DNA of 63,563 nucleotides, the filler included, from Octopus bimaculoides (Eukaryota): NCBI RefSeq assembly GCF_001194135.2. It is 8 parts of 8 records of this genome, joined end to end, with 100 filler letters (N's around TTAATTAATTAA, not from the genome) between each part and the next. Parts side by side here need not be neighbours in the genome. Positions count along the whole stretch, not along the records: positions 59,895 to 63,563 come from NW_026352401.1; 7 more parts are not named here. One strand, given 5' to 3'. Below the pieces are notes generated by a model that worked only from the letters and a program-made list of their open reading frames with translations, did not search any database and had not been told where the DNA came from. Made by a program: the position numbers and the translations under genes. This document shows positions 60,411 to 63,563 of this stretch, in pieces. Within the stretch, counting starts at the first letter, position 1, and each line of letters opens with the position of its first letter.

Positions 60411-62384
60411 NNNNNNNNNNNNNNNNNNNNNNNNNNNNNNNNNNNNNNNNNNNNNNNNNNNNNNNNNNNNNNNNNNNNNNNNNNNNNNNNNNNNNNNNNN
60501 NNNNNNNNNNNNNNNNNNNNNNNNNNNNNNNNNNNNNNNNNNNNNNNNNNNNNNNNNNNNNNNNNNNNNNNNNNNNNNNNNNNNNNNNNNNNNNNNNNNN
60601 NNNNNNNNNNNNNNNNNNNNNNNNNNNNNNNNNNNNNNNNNNNNNNNNNNNNNNNNNNNNNATAGATAGACAGACATGTATGTATTTATGCATGTATGTG
60701 TATATGTGTGTACTTATGTATGTATATATGTATATGCTTGGGCAATGTGTGCACAAGTATCAGATTAACAACTCGCCTGAGTGCGTACAATATGATTTCA
60801 TCGGACTGCACGAGTCTCAAAGTCGTGCAAAGCCTCAAGACCTGTTAACGTACACCGACTGCATTTTCACACTTGTATAGAACTGTGAGCAGCTAACAAA
60901 ATGTTAGATACCAGGTGCTCAATCCTAGTTGTCGCTTGAGCTAGGACGGCAGCCCCATCGAAAAAATGTGCTATGCCAAGATATGTCTGACAAAGAGTGA
61001 CCATCTGTACTTGATATTTCAAACATAACTTCCTCTTCCTCTCAACTCTTATTTGGTTGNNNNNNNNNNTTGATATTTCAAACATAACTTCCTCTTCCTC
61101 TCAACTCTTATTTGGTTGAGTCACACTTCTCATAAAAATGTCTTATTTCTTATCAATCTAGTGGTTTAGCTTGAACCAAAACCCAGGCACCTCAACTGGA
61201 TTGTAGATCCATGACCCTCAATGTTGACCAACATGAACTCGCCGTTCCAAACTTCAACTTATGAAACCAACCGCTCGCTCTCGTTAACGCTTGCCATCAC
61301 ACCTTACCACTTCGTATTCCTTTAGCTTGACACCGATCACCTCATTTACCATAGAGTTCAGAACAACCATAGTTGCGTCGTCCACTGTGACTGCTAGTGC
61401 CATTCGTCTCTTCTTCATCGCCGCACGGTTGAGATAGTTTTCATGATGCTAAATCAATTAGATACTAATTTCATTTCCTTTTTTATTGATATACATAATG
61501 GAGGGAGGCATAGCTGTATGGTAAGAACATTGCTTCCTTACCACATGGTTTTGGACTAAATCCCAAAGCGTGACACTTTGGTCAAATGTGTTCTTCTGCA
61601 GCCCCAGGTTAACCAAAGTCTGGAGAGTGAGTTTGGTTGAGCGAAACTGAATGAAGCCCTACTATATATATATNNNNNNNNNNNNNNNNNNNNNNNNNNN
61701 NNNNNNNNNNNNNNNNNNNNNNNNNNNNNNNNNNNNNNNNNNNNNNNNNNNNNNNNNNNNNNNNNNNNNNNNNNNNNNNNNNNNNNNNNNNNNNNNNNNN
61801 NNNNNNNNNNNNNNNNNNNNNNNNNNNNNNNNNNNNNNNNNNNNNNNNNNNNNNNNNNNNNNNNNNNNNNNNNNNNNNNNNNNNNNNNNNNNNNNNNNNN
61901 NNNNNNNNNNATTTCAAGGTGGCAGCCCAGGATGGCTGCAGTCCAATGACTGAAACAAATAAACCTTTATGAAGTACTTTATTTTGTGATAAATTTGTTT
62001 AGAGAGCAATAACGAAGACAACAGAAAGATATGATAAAATAATTCATGTTTATTTCAATAAAATTTACTCTTTACAAATGTCTTGGAATTAATACTTAAA
62101 CATCATTGACGTTATTGAAATATAGTTGATTCCAATTCCAGAATATTCCATCAAACTCAATTACTAATCGAATATTGTTATTGTAGTTACACTTATTGAT
62201 ATATTGATTTATTAAACAATAGTATGTGGGAGTAGGTGTTTTTGTCTACTTATTTCTTTATCGTTATCATAATGGGGGACTATGTTTGCGATGTTTTAGT
62301 AGCTGGCGTAAAAGTGATGGCGCAAGAAAATATGCTACTTGATCGCTCGCATGAGAATTCGGCCATTCTTTCATTTTATACCCG

Positions 62385-62527
62385 GTGCGGGGCTACTGCA
62401 ACAACATCAGCAGGGGCTGCGTCTGCGGCAGCAGCTGCCAGGTGTGCCTCTGCTGCGGGAACTTTTAGCGCGGCGGCTTCTACAGCGGCAGGTGCCGCAG
62501 CAACTGTTGCAGGTACCTTTGCAGCAG
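62385..62527. repeat. Degenerate (GCA)n-derived GC-rich tract running into a gap
   Basis: GCA/GCG/GCT triplets; poly-Ala or Gln/Leu-rich depending on frame. Confidence 0.6.
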
Positions 62528-62639
62528 NNNNNNNNNNNNNNNNNNNNNNNNNNNNNNNNNNNNNNNNNNNNNNNNNNNNNNNNNNNNNNNNNAAACAGAT
62601 GTATAAATACTGATTACGGTTTTTTTAGCGCAAAGTTAG

Positions 62640-63050
62640 AAATTCCGAATGAAGGGTAAGTCGATTAGATCGACTCCACTGCTCAAATGTTACTTATTTT
62701 ATCGACCCCGAAGTAATGAGAGGCAAATCGACATCGGCGAAATTTGAACTCAGAACACAAGTACTGATGTAGTGTGACTAAGCATTGATCCCGACATGCA
62801 AACGATTCTGCCAGCTCACCCCCTTTAATTTGTATTCATAATGATTCCAATTATTGGCACAAGGCCAGCAATTTCGGGGGGAAGAAGTAAATCAATTACA
62901 TTGACCCCAGTGCTCAAGTGGTACTGTTTTATCGACTCCGAAAGGATGAAAGGCAAAGTGGACCTCGACGGAATTACTTTACAGAACGTAGAGACGGTTA
63001 AAATACCGCTAAGCTTTGTGACCGACATGCTAGCGATTTTCCTAGGTCAC
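62640..63050 (-). mobile_element. SINE family B, two adjacent inverted copies
   Basis: TTATTTTATCGACCCCGAAG..GGCGAAATTTGAACTCAGAAC and ATCGACTCCGAAAGGATGAAAGGCAAAGTGGACCTCG. Confidence 0.85.
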
Positions 63051-63519
63051 CTTTATATGACATTTATATAAATGTTAATATTCATTGAGAGCGATGAGTA
63101 CTGGGTTGGATGTACTTGACTTACTCCAACGCCTTGAGCCAAAATTTAGAACTAATATTAATACATATGTAAAGACAGATTCGTAATTGAATTTAATCTT
63201 AGGTATGCATTATCATGGCATACCAGAAAATGGTTATTACAGTATTTGTATATAGTCATAGACTGGTGATTTGACATTTCGCCAGAAAAATGGCAAAATA
63301 TCTGTATCCGGTACTCATAAATGGAATTGGAAGCTAGTTGTCTCGCTTGTTTATGACTTTCAGGTGTTTTAACATCCAAAGTGCTGTTCGACAGCGAGAG
63401 AGCAAAACACATAAGTTGAGCAAGTGAGCAGCATATTTTTTACATTAGCGTGGTTTTGGGTTCACTCCTAGTGTACAGTATCTCGGTCAAGTGTCTCCTA
63501 GCATAGCTAACCGATGGCT

Positions 63520-63563
<44 letters not shown>

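Noticed and set aside
61011-61118. 49-bp direct repeat around a 10-N gap
   Set aside because: Same assembly artefact.
60780-61440. Possible L1/Tx1 ORF2 C-terminal remnant (VQSDEIILYAL, IRVERK)
   Set aside because: Motifs are short, in the wrong order on the strand and riddled with stops; not supportable without alignment.
1923-61953. Dozens of long ORFs containing X runs
   Set aside because: They stay open only because N codons are not stops; the flanks are microsatellite translations.
63364-63423. 60-nt plus-strand exon-like segment (CTTTCAG|..|GTGAGC)
   Set aside because: The donor overlaps a decayed SINE A head, the peptide is unrecognisable, and there are no partner exons.

Overview
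Repeat-dominated eukaryotic DNA. The SINE families, microsatellite density and retroelement content resemble a coleoid cephalopod, probably Octopus (inference from recalled repeat families, not a search). Seven identical 100-bp linkers (44 N + TTAATTAATTAA + 44 N) split the window into eight pieces whose adjacency is not supported by sequence. Only one host gene is confidently recognisable: the large 3' coding exon of PEX11 (minus strand, 47427-47923); its upstream exons were not found. A second candidate terminal exon (43514-43764, minus) encodes a CxCxDCxxxC motif plus a transmembrane segment. The rest is decayed mobile DNA: several Penelope-like elements (one near full length), RTE, RTE-X-like, L2/CR1-like, L1/Tx1-like and R4/Dong-like LINE pieces, Tc1, mariner, hAT-Buster and piggyBac-type elements, and at least four SINE-like families. 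The most unusual feature is a ~5.8-kb CGAA/CGTA higher-order satellite (36274-42045) with alternating strand polarity and a recurring hairpin junction; one monomer body is inverted while its junction keeps the common orientation. Also notable: hammerhead-ribozyme-like motifs, (TAA)n-associated retroelement ends, a co-oriented SINE cluster, and CpG decay confined to the gene-containing pieces. Repeat boundaries are read by eye and approximate.
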